From NCBI RefSeq assembly GCF_001194135.2, contig NC_068995.1:23932122-23966106 (forward strand): 33,985 nt of DNA, in the 5' to 3' direction. Under the pieces are notes generated by a model that was not told where the DNA came from, did not search any database, and saw only the letters and a list, made by a program, of their open reading frames with translations. This document shows positions 22,330 to 33,985 of this stretch, one piece after another; within the stretch, counting starts at the first letter, position 1, and each line of letters opens with the position of its first letter. A program made the position numbers and the translations under genes. The DNA is from Octopus bimaculoides. Taxonomy: Eukaryota.

Positions 22330-23905
22330 TGTTTTGTTATTTGGAAAATCGTTGGACATATGCATATTTTTCATGATGTACCGTTACTTTTTTCTGTTAA
22401 GAAAACTTTTGATGTTCATGGCAAACAGGTGCTCAGGTCTCAAGCCAGAGATTGATAATTTGTTTGCATTTCTGTAGGAACTGTTAGAACTACGTTTGTG
22501 AATAAAATCTATGGACACTTAGAGGGACACAGCCTTACCCCTAATGAGCAGAAAGTGTACTGTAGAAATTCAAAAGTTACAAAAGACCAACTTTAAATTG
22601 AAAGGATATTTATAGGGAACTGGAAGAGAAAAGATTAAAAAAAAAAAAAAGGAATATTGGGAAACAAAATTAATAGCAGAAGTTTACCCACTTGAGGAAG
22701 TCAAAACACACCAGGAGACCTTTCGAGGTTATAGTCTATCATTTCTACAGGTTTTTATTGTTTTTATCATTCTGTCTCTAAATCTCAGAGAAGTAAAATC
22801 TAGGCATACTCTAATAGAATACTAGTCTATGATTAACCATAGATTATGAATGAGCCAAAGCTTTACGACAAGGCTGATAGAGGATAGAATAACCTTGTGA
22901 ATTCACTGAGTGTGTTTATTAATGTCACCAAAATGGAATTTGGTATCCCTAAGTGTGAAACAAATATGATGTAGAAAGAGAATACTATATACGTAACGGG
23001 AAAAATCTACTGAGCAAGAGAAAAATTGATGGATATAAATATCTGTAAGTCCTGGAATCTGATAGTATAAATGACTGAGTCAGGAGACTATATTTCCAAA
23101 GCTTAAGGATTATGCTCAATTCTAAACTCAATGTTAAGAATACGTTTAAGTGTAAGGAATACGGAAATACTGGAGAGGCAATTAACCACATTATTTTGAG
23201 CTACCTCGAGAAATTAGCAAAACTCAGCAATGCAAGTAGAACACTCACAGTTGACTAAAGGACCAGTTAAGTCAATACTTGACTGATTCTTTATTTTAGC
23301 ACTAAGAGCTCCGTGACCAATTGCTCTCACAGCAGAATAATCAACTCTGGGGATCGACAATGCAAGATATGGAAAAGACATAAAAAACATTTTCGGGTAA
23401 ATTGTCTCCTGATATCTGGAACTAGCAATGGCCGGATGCATTCAGAGGCATGGCAAGACAGTGCCGTATTTATACAAGAAAATTATGCAAGACTTATAAA
23501 ATTCAGCAGCTAAGAAGTGGTAACTTCACCAACTAAACACGGTCCCTGACAACAATGTTGTCGATATCCTCTCAGATATATTCACCATGCTACAAAGGAA
23601 TAACGCGCCTGACATTGTCATCGGTGCATACTTATTGGAATTTGCAATAGTTTCCGAAAAGAACCTTTCCAGGAAAGTCACCGGAAGCTACTTAAGTACA
23701 AAGACATGGAGACCGAAATCACCAGGGCCTGAAATATGAAGAGTGAAATAATGCTAGCGTTCAGGACCACCAGGATTCATGACGAATGTAGAGGAAATGT
23801 ACACCAACTGAATTCCGAACAACATCGATATTTATGCACTCCAGAAGATCGCACTTCTCGAAGTAGACCACACACTAGGCATTGTGCTTTCAGTCAAGTG
23901 CATCC
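22330..23905 (+). mobile_element. Decayed R4/Dong-clade non-LTR retrotransposon: RT core, zinc knuckle and restriction-like endonuclease
   Basis: Frameshifted motifs: NEQKVYCRNSKVTKDQL (22543), TFRGYSLS (FQGDSLS-like), KMEFGIPKC (22930), GYKYL (23031), CKI...IVS..LA...IQRH knuckle, PDIVI (23608), KLLKYKDMETEI, LQKIALL (23839). The 5' end abuts an (AAT)n array. Confidence 0.88.
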
Positions 23906-24004
23906 TATCTTTTTGTTTTTTTTTTAACTCGTCCCTTCATGATTTCGGGCGAGGAGTACAAAACTTCACAACCACAAACAAAAGCAACTGCAACAACAGC
24001 AGCG

Positions 24005-24021
24005 ACAGTAGTAGTAGTAGG

Positions 24022-24056
<35 letters not shown>

Positions 24057-24082
24057 CGGCGGCGGCGGCGGNNNNNNNNNNT

Positions 24083-24113
<31 letters not shown>

Positions 24114-24235
24114 GTGGTGGTGGTGGTGGTGGTGGTGGCAGCAACATCAACAACAGCAGCAGCACCAACAGTAGTAGCAACATCAGCGACAATAACAGCG
24201 ACAATAGCAGTGGCAGAGGCAGTAACAGCAGCAGC
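24005..24235. repeat. Compound triplet array (AGT)n(GGT/GGC)n[gap](GGT)n(CAA/CAG)
   Basis: Direct reading; the source of the spurious poly-G, poly-S and poly-P ORFs. Confidence 0.95.
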
Positions 24236-25372
24236 GTTGGACACGTGAAGGTTTTTTTGCTTTTATTTTCCATTGGGAAAGAAGTTTCTCTTTTTCACCG
24301 AGGTAGTTTCCGTTCGGTGGCAAAGCAGAATGTTGTAGTTATTCGTTTATTTCTTTTTCTATTCTTCTTATGCGATTTATATGAATGTCATGATTCTAAA
24401 AGCTTTAGTAAATGGAAGTAAAGATTCAAAACAACCTTTAATAAATTACAGATATTTAATTCTTTAACAATCCCAAAGTTTGCATATGGCATAAAAACTA
24501 ATTCTTGATACATTTCTATTGAAGGGAATCATAAGCAATACTTTACAATTTAATTAGTTACATATTGCATGTGAGTCGTTTATTTAATGTGAATTGCGAG
24601 ACTTCCAATGTTTAAGTTTTTATGAATCTACACATTTTAAAATGTCTGACATTAACAGAGATGTTCTAAACACATCTGGCTATTTTGTAGAGTTAATTAA
24701 GCTGACGCAAGCAGCTTTACATACTCTGCATCTAAAATGAACTTGGATGTAACGGGCTGCTAATTAAAAGTTTTATCCAATTCGCTTCGTCGGTTGTACA
24801 ATGAAAAATAAAATACATTTAAATAAACATCAAATCAGGAAGGCAGGGGATTAGCAGTAATCCAGCTGTTGCAGTTAAAAACGAAATTGATAATCTTATA
24901 AAAGCAACTGATGTTGCCACGAAGGATTATGTCGGACCACAATAAATCGACACTTAATTTCAGCATGACGTAATATCACATTTTGACATATGCTAACATC
25001 ATAACACACATTTTACTTTCGTTTCCTTTTCACTGTGAAACGAGAAATAATGCTTCCAGAATAGCATTAAAAAAATACATTTGGGAAATTTCGTTTACTG
25101 CTATTGAACTATATACAAATTGAAAGTTTTCTAGGTTAAAGACGTGTTTGGGTTGCCTTAATGCATAACTATGTATATTCGTACAAACAGGAGTGTAAAT
25201 AAATCATGAGCCAACGCAATCTGTAACTAAATGTGTGGGTGTTTCTGTGTTTGTGAGTACTCTGTGTATGTGTCCTATGGAGAAAGTAAGGTGGTTTGAA
25301 TTAATAGTAAGTAGATCAGTAGAAAAGAAAGGCATGTTATCCCAACTTTGAGATACACTTGATTCGATATAC

Positions 25373-25462
25373 GTAAGGCAAAAAGAGATAAAGTCATCAT
25401 ATGTTATAGTAGAATGACATGAGCTGAAGCTTCCCTGAGTCATGTTCAAGTAGGAATATTTT
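25373..25462 (-). CDS. Weak candidate exon (90 nt, phase 2 to 2): KYSYLNMTQGSFSSCHSTITYDDFISFCL
   Basis: Acceptor tctttattcatttgtgtctatatAG, weak donor GTATAT; lies within ORF 25204..25476. Confidence 0.22.
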
Positions 25463-26049
25463 CTATATAGACACAAATGAATAAAGACTTGTATCTAAAC
25501 GATTAACTGAAGCTGAGTTGTCGATATTAAGAAGAGATGTCCGTGTACATTCAGATAATTGTTACCGGTGTCCTATATTGGAATTACAAAAGCTTTGTAT
25601 TGTTAGTGGTCTAGTTTTTTTTCTTTCTTTTTTTTTTTCTGAACATGGCTACCAGCTAGCGAGCAGTAATTTTCCAAGATTCCAAACGTTGTAGGCGTGC
25701 AAAAACGTCTTTCTTAAATTTCAGTAATTTATCCACTATTCATTTCACTCTCACCGACGGTTCAGAAATGAAACGGATTTCTGCAATGAACTCCATTGAA
25801 ATCAGATAAAGATGTTGAAGGTTCTTAATTCAGGATGAAACTTCCATTTAGAGCGAAAGGGAACGATTAATGATGTTTGACTGTAAATTGTCATTATAAT
25901 GGAATGAATTAGGTGGATAAAGAATTCATATAAATTGATGTAAAGGAAAGTAAAATATTTTACGAGTTTAGCATGTTCTTTTGTATTTTTTTTCTATTTT
26001 ATTACATTGATTTCCTGTATAGGATAAGGAGGCAGAAAAAAACTTGAAG

Positions 26050-27130
26050 AATTAACATTGATTATGTTTCTTGCCGCAAGTGTAACCCACACTAATGATG
26101 CTTTGCACCACGCTGCAGTAATCCAGAGGTGTTGGAAGCTCTTCTAAATCTATCGCAAAGCTAGAAACACTTCTGTATTGTCAGCAGGTATTTCACAGAT
26201 GCTTCGCTCCTTGGCCTGTATGCTTCGCCTGAGTGAATCAGAGAACAGAACTAGTCTTCACTTACAGAAGGGTTCTTCTTGCACTCTCTGACCAACCATA
26301 GCCACCTGGAGCTAATTTAAGCTGCCATGCTTATCTCCTTTGTGGCTTTCTTCAGTTGTCTGATTTCTAGACCTACCCTTTTAAGGAAATAGTGCACCGA
26401 TCTAGCTGGAACGTCGCGACAACCGACTTCAATGGAGAATGAGACCACATTCCATCTCTAGACAAGGGACTCGTCGACCAAGTCCTGATATTTGTTTTAC
26501 TTCTCCAGGTGGTAAATATCGAGTCATTCCTCCCATGGCACTGGGAGTTCGACCACAATGACTGTTTTTGTATTACTAGGCTGCAGGTCGAAGTGATGTT
26601 AGCACTATCTCCTCAAAGAAGACAAACCTGTCCTTCGGATTCACTTGCATTTCCCAGTCTGAGGCTAAATACAAAATCGTAAACGGGTCCCCTGCCCGTG
26701 CTCTCGTCTTGGGAGCCTTGTCACCTACCTTTAGGAATCTGATATCTTTTAATGGTAGTGGTTGTTGTTAGTTAGACTTAACAGGTCTGTCCACTTGGCG
26801 ATTTCTGCAAGGACCTTATCATGTTTCCACTTTTATCGGCCTTCTCTCAGTGCCCAAAACCATCCGAACAAAATGTGGTTCAGGTTGCACAGAGTTGCTG
26901 CACACTACTTGCAGGATCATTTTGCTTCTTTGACCCATATTTTAAGTTAATTTCGGGTAGGAATGTGGTCAGCGACAGCACGAAGGATGCAGGACAGTGT
27001 CTTCTCATTAATGTCCCAGAGTTCCTTCCTGGACAGTGGATTCTCGAGTGCCTGGCCTCACTGTATCCATTGTCCTAATGGGCACCTTGATAGAACTGAT
27101 CCTAGTGGCATGGCGTAAGGAGAAAGTAGC
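26050..27130 (+). mobile_element. Ancient CR1/L2-like LINE remnant (APE endonuclease and linker)
   Basis: Frameshifted traces GLYASP (YRSP-like), WLSS, HIP...ICFTSPGGKYRVIPPMALG-SDHN (LD.....LG.SDH), then PNGHLDRTDP (PDG..A.DP linker); elevated GC; highly degenerate. Confidence 0.5.
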
Positions 27131-27572
27131 TCCATGAGAGATTATTTCCCTTCCTATTACTTTCATTATTATGAAACATTTGCAGTAGGTATGTTTCCGC
27201 GAGACTCAACCAAAGCATTGAATGTGGTTTCTTAACTGACACTTCGGAAGATTGTAGCTGTCAGAAACAGAAATACGGAAGTAAAAGTATAACCAGTATA
27301 TTGTCGGTTATGTACATTTACGATAGGCTATACACCTGTGCTATCCGACGTTATTTCTGAAAATATTGATAGATTAGGTTCAATTTCTAAAATGATAAAT
27401 ACTTAGAAGAAATTAATCAGTCACTCTGGATATATTCTTTTCCCGCCATGGCTGTTCTTCGGTGTAAATCAACCTAAGGAAATCAAAATTCTCTGTAAAA
27501 AAACCTCAATTGATTATCATCGACGACTTATCTGGAAATATAAAGCAGGTATTTTCATTAACGTTAGTTAAC

Positions 27573-27637
27573 CTCTCTCCCTCTCTCTCTCTCTCTCTCT
27601 CCCTCTCCCTCTCTCTCTTTCTCTCCCTCTGTCTCTG

Positions 27638-27718
<81 letters not shown>
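27573..27718. repeat. (CT)n microsatellite
   Basis: Direct reading. Confidence 0.97.
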
Positions 27719-27719
<1 letters not shown>

Positions 27720-28574
27720 AGGCTTCCGCTGTTTCTGTAATATATTTATAAATGCTTACATGCTTGTACTTGTATATAAAACCAGGTAATAACATTTCAT
27801 TTCAGTTTATATCTTAATGATCCATGAAAACGGTATCCTCCACAGGATTCAATATTTTCTCCTGATATCGGATAATTATGATTAAGTATGTTATTGCGTT
27901 CTCAATAATGATATTGAACATTTGTATGTCTTTCATCAAGTTACTTTGTATTCTAAAGACGATGGTCATATTATCAACGAATATTTTATTTTTTGCATTA
28001 TCTGACCTGCTTTTCCACACTAATGCTCAAGCTCTTGTTAATGACATTATTGCCATGGTATTCCTGAATCCAGTAGCTCTATTTTCAAAGTCATTCCTCT
28101 GTATCTTGCAGTACATTATATAATGTACCATCCCTTCAGTTTTTAAGCGGAAATTTCAGAGATTTCACTATTGTTGTTACTGTCTGTTGTAACTTCGGTT
28201 TATGACAGTCATGCTTAAGTAGAAATATGATAGAAGGCATTCTAGAATGCTAGTCTAGCGTGATAGACTTTCTAGCATGATTATCACGCTTTTTGCTTTT
28301 GTACATCTGTTAGTAAATAGCCTTATATTACAGTTTTGTTTGAAAGGAATTTGGTAGCTAATTTAGCTCTTTATAGTGACCACGTATAACTCTTTGTACC
28401 ATTTATAGCATCCATCGGAAATGTGTTCTTTATTAGCGTTGTACTTTTCAATATATGCAGTATGGAGCTTTTATTTCACATTTTATAGATAACTTAAGTA
28501 GATTCGAACAAGTTTTCCTTCATACATCACACTCAGTGACTTACAGAGTTTATTTTATTGTAACATTATTGTGT

Positions 28575-28672
28575 TCCTTCATATGATCGCCAGCGTCTGC
28601 CAAAATGGTTTTAGTTTTTTTTCCGAATTTTTACACGCAGAGTTCAAATCTCGTTGAGAACTTTGCTATGAA
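28575..28672 (+). mobile_element. Old partial family C SINE head
   Basis: agagttcaaatctcgttgagaactttgc resembles the B box plus start of core; heavily diverged. Confidence 0.35.
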
Positions 28673-29803
28673 AAAGCATTTTTCTGTTTACCGAATATAT
28701 ATTGATGTTATTTTTTACTAATTATATATGAAGCAAACTTATCTACTTCCATATCATCCGTATTTGGTTCAAGGTAGAACTCCACTTTTTAATATAATGC
28801 TGAAAAGTTTAAAAAGTTTGATATATTAATGATAAACAATGAGAACTGAAAAATTCAACTTTGGCATTTTAATCTCACTTGAATCTAACTAATATAATAT
28901 TAACTAATTTGCCGCCATTTTAATATAATATTAACTTATGCCGCCACTTTATTAAACATAATATAGCTATGGAAGACATCAAAGTGATTAGCTTTGGGTG
29001 AAATGTTTGATACGAAAGTAGGTCAGATGAACTAATCTTATATAATCTAACTATAGTCTATGTTGCATCTTTGATATAAGAACTGGTGGAAATTAAAATT
29101 TAAGTGTGATCACAACTTGTAGTATTATACTTTGAAAAAGCAAATAACAGAGTAACAAGATTGGTCTTCTACAAGAACATATAATAATAATGATAAATAA
29201 TAACAACTACAACAACAATAACATTCCTATATAATGTTTGCATTCAAAAGTTCAGTAAACGTATATACCGTCTTACTGTACCGACAGAATAAAGGTTTAA
29301 GCTAATTTAGAACTTTAAATTCGTCTGCGTTCATATTAGCTATATTTACAATACAGATTTAACGAAATTACACGTAAACAAAATCACTGTGTCTGGAAGT
29401 TTCGCCAAACTTCAGGTTAACTTAGATTTCATTGAGTGTAAAGGAAAATTCTATTTTATTTCATATAAGTGAATTCAATCTTTGTATTAACTCAATTTTG
29501 TTTTATATCTTTGTTCAGTTAATCAGTATATGTAAAGAACTGATACAGACGCGCCAGCTGATATGAAGAAAACCATGTTTGCCATAAAATAATTTTTGAA
29601 TTAAAGTCATGAAAGAGATTCTTTAGAAGTGGCACATCAAGTGAAAGCATATTAAAACAAAAATAGCTCTGCTTCATGGGTACAATCTACTAGACTAATA
29701 AGGTAACGGATATTATATTGTATCTGGGGTTTATTTTTCTCCGAATTATCATCTCAGCAAGGAATTGAAAACGAATTGATAGTACTGATTATCAGCAGTT
29801 TAC

Positions 29804-29877
29804 CTCTGTTCTGTAACATCTGCAACCATATCTCACAAGTTGCCTCTTTGTTTCTTTTTGCCTGGTAATTCTTTGTT
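29804..29877 (-). CDS. Candidate coding exon (74 nt, probably phase 2 to 1): TKNYQAKRNKEATCEIWLQMLQNR
   Basis: Acceptor ttttatcaattatctatgtAG, donor GAG|GTAAAC; phase-2 and phase-1 frames are both open; the phase-2 frame joins exon 30899-30988. Confidence 0.4.
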
Positions 29878-30411
29878 CTACATAGATAATTGATAAAACC
29901 ACGTTGATGATTATGCAAGGTATGAATTGAATTTAAGACACCGAATTCAAACGGTGAATGATGCTATGATTGAGTTTGGATTTTCATACAAATAGATATA
30001 TGTCAATTTCTCACTGAAATCAATTTCTATGACTGATTTCAATTCTGATTATTGTTTATTCTTACTACACACTTATTTAAGACAATTAAAGTAAAACATT
30101 TATCTGTTGTATAGAATGCATTAGTGTATTACCTATCAAATCTCACAGTTTACTGTCAATATTGCTCGTGTTCGATTTTTTACAATGCCCTGCTTTGGTC
30201 ATAATTTTCATTTCTACTAAATCAACAAGAAAACCCTAACACTCATGAATTCCTCCCCATCGATAACAACTATCCGTGTGATAAATCAAAATTAAATTAC
30301 AATTTTCTTTACATAACCTTGCACACAAGAAAATACTTATCAACCGTGGGGTGTATATTGATTTTAGAAACTATAGAATGCAATAGTAAGTCTTGCAATC
30401 TCTTCACCACC

Positions 30412-30494
<83 letters not shown>

Positions 30495-30495
30495 G

Positions 30496-30532
<37 letters not shown>
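30412..30532. repeat. Compound (CT)n(CA)n microsatellite
   Basis: Direct reading. Confidence 0.97.
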
Positions 30533-30536
<4 letters not shown>

Positions 30537-30687
30537 CAATCTAGCTACCTAGCTATCTACTTTTCTACGATACTCCATCTATCTTTCATTTCCTTGGGCT
30601 GTTTCTATTTATTTTCATTTCCCTCTACGCACAAACAGCACATAAATAAATATACAAGTGCATATATACGCACTTATATAAGTATGA

Positions 30688-30719
30688 GTGTGTGTGTGTC
30701 TCTGTGTGTCTGTGTGTCT

Positions 30720-30760
<41 letters not shown>

Positions 30761-30775
30761 TGTATTTGTATTTGT
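30688..30775. repeat. Imperfect (GT)n microsatellite
   Basis: Direct reading. Confidence 0.93.
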
Positions 30776-30898
30776 TTATACGTTTTTGTTTCCGAGTGTT
30801 TTTTATGTAAGGCGGGTGTGTGGGNNNNNNNNNNGGTGTGCACGTGTGTGTGTGTAGATATTTACATGTATATATTAGATGGACAGATACATTGATAC

Positions 30899-30988
30899 AT
30901 TGAATCGGAGCTTTTAAAAACTAGCCACGAAAGGAAGGATCGTTTTTCGACTCCATATGGATGGCCCTCTAACGTCCAATAAGCTAGA
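30899..30988 (-). CDS. Candidate coding exon (90 nt, phase 2 to 2): LAYWTLEGHPYGVEKRSFLSWLVFKSSDS
   Basis: Strong acceptor ctgcttctttgacgctcgtgttttatttAG, donor GTATCA (moderate); open frame within ORF 30862..31044. Confidence 0.38.
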
Positions 30989-31154
30989 CTAAATAAAACA
31001 CGAGCGTCAAAGAAGCAGATAATTCCTGGCATCCGCCCACTCAACTCTCTTCAGAAAACTGATTTAGAGTCAGGATTAGCAATAATTCAAATTACATAAA
31101 TCAATCTCAAATACTTTGAAATAAAAGCAGGGCAAACTTAGCTCAGATAAACTA

Positions 31155-31387
31155 GTCTGTCTGTGTCTGTGTCTGAATCTGTCTTTGTCTACCACCATCG
31201 CTTGACAACCGATGTTGGTTTGTTTACACCACCGTAAATTAACGGTTCGGCAAAATAGACCGACAGAATGAGTACCGGGCTTTAGGAAAAATAAGTACTA
31301 GGGTCGATTCATTCGACTAAAAATTCGATAAGGCAGTCAGCGCCTCAGAACGGCCGCAGCCTAATGTCTGAAGCAAGTAAAAAAAAG
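31155..31387 (+). mobile_element. 5'-truncated family A SINE (3' half only), followed by a GATA/GACA array
   Basis: cgcttgacaaccgatgttggtttgttta...cggttcggcaaaatagaccgacagaatgagtacc...gggtcgattcattcgact matches 20920-21090; it starts inside the internal TG-type microsatellite. Confidence 0.85.
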
Positions 31388-31454
31388 ATAGATAGACAGA
31401 TAGATAGACAGATAGATAGATAGACAGATAGATAGATAGACAGATAGATAGATA
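31388..31454. repeat. GATA/GACA tetranucleotide array forming the tail of the truncated family A SINE
   Basis: Direct reading; regular (GATA)2(GACA) higher-order pattern. Confidence 0.96.
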
Positions 31455-31992
31455 TGTATCAGCTTGCACAAATGATTATACAGCTGTATATATAGTTAAA
31501 TGTAAGGACATTGAGAATTTCTTTTGATGAATAAATGTAAAATTTATATGCATTCCAACGCAATTATACTTTAATAATGCCAGCAGATTATTTGTACGTC
31601 ATTGGCAATAAATCACATTTTGCTTCTTTTCCATTTGTGCTTCCATAAATGTCAGTACGGCGCGATGTTCCGTGGACAAGTGGTTACTGGCTGTAGAAAT
31701 ACTATCGGCCATGTTACAGATAAAGCACAATTCATTATCATTTACAACTCCATGACTAGAATAATTAATCGAATATACAAAGCTCTGTGTTGATCCATTG
31801 TGGCACATTTACTCTATTCTTAGGAATAATATGATAAACCAGTACGTTTCTCCTTTCAATAGTAAAATTTTGTTTGCTGTAAGCAACTTAAACATTTCAC
31901 ATTTTCAATGAAGTAAGTCGTGTTATAATCACAAGTATCATTAAATAAAGACAAAGAAGAACAACAGTAACAACACTGACAAAAACATTAAG

Positions 31993-32200
31993 AATAATGA
32001 TTTCAAATTTGGCACAAAGTTAGTTGAATTTTGAGGGAAGGAGGAAACCGATCGCATCGACTCAACTGCTACTAATCTTATCGACACCGAACGGATGAAG
32101 GGCAACATCAACATCTTCGAAACTTCAACTCAGCATTTAAAGACGGACGAAATGCCGCTAAACATTTCGTCAGGCGTGCTAACGGTTCTGCTAACTCAAC
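31993..32200 (-). mobile_element. Family C SINE, first of a tandem pair
   Basis: aagacggacgaaatgccgctaaacatttcgtcaggcgtgctaacggttctgc is the reverse complement of the family C head; AAT runs on both sides. Confidence 0.8.
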
Positions 32201-32221
32201 TTGATAATAATAATAATTATC

Positions 32222-32408
32222 ATTATTATTATTATTATTTCAATTTTGTGCTATAAGGGCAGCTTTGGAGAGGAGGGATGAAACGATTACATCGACTCCA
32301 GTGTTCAGCTGGTACTTATTTTATCAACCCAGAGAGGATGAAAGGCAAAGTTGACCTCGGCGGAATTTGAACTCAGAACGTAACGATGGGCGAATTTCCG
32401 TTAAGATG
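32222..32408 (-). mobile_element. Family C SINE, second of the tandem pair; its head is lost at the junction with the Dong-like LINE
   Basis: gattacatcgactccagtgttcagctggtacttattttatcaacccagagaggatgaaaggcaaagttgacctcggcggaatttgaactcagaacg is the reverse complement of the family C core. Confidence 0.85.
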
Positions 32409-33665
32409 GTTTGGAAGAAGACAATTAAACTAATGGTGACATGACAGATGGGCAAAAGGCAATCTACGACAGGACAAAGGCAAAGCTACAGGAGAACGAT
32501 AGAGTCATTATTTGCAACTTTAAAAAGATTGATCGGTGGAACTTGAACCAAAAATGAAAAATGCGAATGAAATTCTGAAATACATCAGAACAAAACACAT
32601 CGCAGAAATAAATAATTTAAAGAAGGCAGCAAAAAATGTGGGTGTTGATGTCAAGAAAAGAAATATAATAAAAAAGAAATGAGAAAAGATCCATGATGGA
32701 AAAGAAGATTACAGGCGGGGTTAGGTATGCTCTCAAAGGACATTTCTGTGTGAGACCGAAAAGAGAAGGGAGAACTTAAAAGCGAGCAAAAACACAGGGC
32801 ACTGGACAGGAAGTATGATATTGAAAGAAAAGGGCCTGAAAGTGGTAATGGAAAAATTAAAAGAGCACCTCGTTGCAAAGAAAGCAAAGATGGTAAGATA
32901 CAACCAAAAAATGAAGGGATATCAGCGGAATAGGTTATTCAGAGTAAATCAGAAGTGATTCTACAAAAAATAAATGAAGAGTGTACAGATGAAAAGTTGA
33001 TACCAGATAACATTGAAAGTCAAAGGTTTTGGAGTGTCATCTGGAGCACATGAAGAATACTGAATGGTTGCAAGAACTGAAACAAACAATAGTCTGTCCA
33101 AAACAGGCAGAACTAGTCATTTCAGTAGGGAAGTGAAGGAAATCAGCAAAAATATGGGCAACTGGAAGGCCTTGGGATCAGATGGACTTCAAGGCTACTG
33201 GATCAAAATTTTCGTGAATCTGATGCACGAACAGCTGCACAACTCAACACCTTGTTAAATACCGACCAAGTAACACCAGAGTTGTTGACAATGGGTTCGA
33301 CAAAATGTGCCAAAGTAGTCTTGAAAGCAGTAAAACTAATTAAGAGTAATAATATCTCACAAGATGAAGAAACTAGAATAATACAATTAGACTAAACCTA
33401 GAACTACAAATACTTTGCAACCAACGGGATACGGTTCAACACACAATTGAAATGGAACGTAACGAAGGAATACGATAAACAGGTTAAGATTAATTCTTAA
33501 AAGAGAGCTCAATGCAAAAAAATATGATAATAGGTATCAATACTTTAGCTGTCCCAGTTATAAGTTACAGATACAATGACCTTAATTGGACACTGAATGA
33601 ACTACCCAAACTAGACAGGAAAAGAATTAAAAATTATAACGGAATTTAGAATTGACCACCCCAAA
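32409..33665 (+). mobile_element. Second decayed R4/Dong-clade non-LTR retrotransposon: N-terminal region, start of RT, large internal deletion, then post-RT region
   Basis: KDP.WKRRLQ, RNRLFRVNQK, FWSVIWS, NWKALGSDGLQGYWIK (in ORF 33064..33258), then LILKRELNAK, GINTLAVPVISY, NWTLNELPKLDRK; many stops and frameshifts. Confidence 0.88.
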
Positions 33666-33699
33666 TTTCACACACAATGAATTAAAGGTTGAATAGGCC

Positions 33700-33825
33700 T
33701 TACACAATAAGGAAACATGTTATGCATGTGCCTCGTGTATCCCTATCAGACGGGTATACTGGGCTTCGTATATTTTGCCCCAGTGTCACTTTGATGGCAT
33801 GCACTGCTATCACACTCACTCGCTC
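33700..33825 (+). mobile_element. 3' end of an AAT-tailed octopus interspersed repeat
   Basis: atcagacgggtatactgggcttcgtatattttgccccagtgtcactttgatggcatgcactgct followed directly by (AAT)n; recognised from memory of octopus repeats, not demonstrable within the window. Confidence 0.55.

Positions 33826-33985
<160 letters not shown>

Noticed and set aside
23882-24421. Poly-G, poly-S, poly-P and poly-T ORFs
   Set aside because: Translations of a compound triplet microsatellite with an N gap; no start context or splice support.
24829-24945. Plus-strand frame ending ...KATDVATKDYVGPQ*, resembling DxATKxYVD repeats of viral or Polinton fibre proteins
   Set aside because: Single short imperfect motif, no long ORF and no other viral genes nearby.
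28891-28951. Two-copy direct repeat of about 31 bp (aatataatattaact...gccgcca)
   Set aside because: Simple local tandem duplication with no spacer; not CRISPR-like. The 14-bp duplication at 6358-6390 is similar.
31630-31757. Possible minus-strand exon HGVVNDNELCFICNMADSISTASNHLSTEHRAVLTFMEAQMEKKQN
   Set aside because: Acceptor is plausible but there is no good donor in the phase needed to join 30988; left uncalled pending RNA data.

Overview
Eukaryotic, AT-rich, microsatellite-dense genomic DNA with five assembly gaps (N runs at 3622-4253, 16893-17264, 21419-21574, 24072-24081, 30825-30834). The SINE sequences match repeats I recall from octopus genomes, so an octopod cephalopod source is likely (inference, no database search). 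No bacterial system, CRISPR array, rRNA or intact tRNA gene is visible, and most entries in the supplied ORF track are artefacts of microsatellites or N gaps. The window reads as mostly intronic. It holds three tRNA-derived SINE families in multiple copies, two decayed R4/Dong-type non-LTR retrotransposons (RT plus restriction-like endonuclease), a deleted mariner, and two very old CR1-like LINE remnants. Reading splice signals by hand on the minus strand gives a set of short GT-AG-bounded, stop-free candidate exons, several of which chain in phase into a peptide I do not recognise. I found no evidence for a wholly new biological system. The best leads are this unidentified gene, the modular SINE architecture with a shared 3' hairpin, and inverted SINE pairs bracketing candidate exons.
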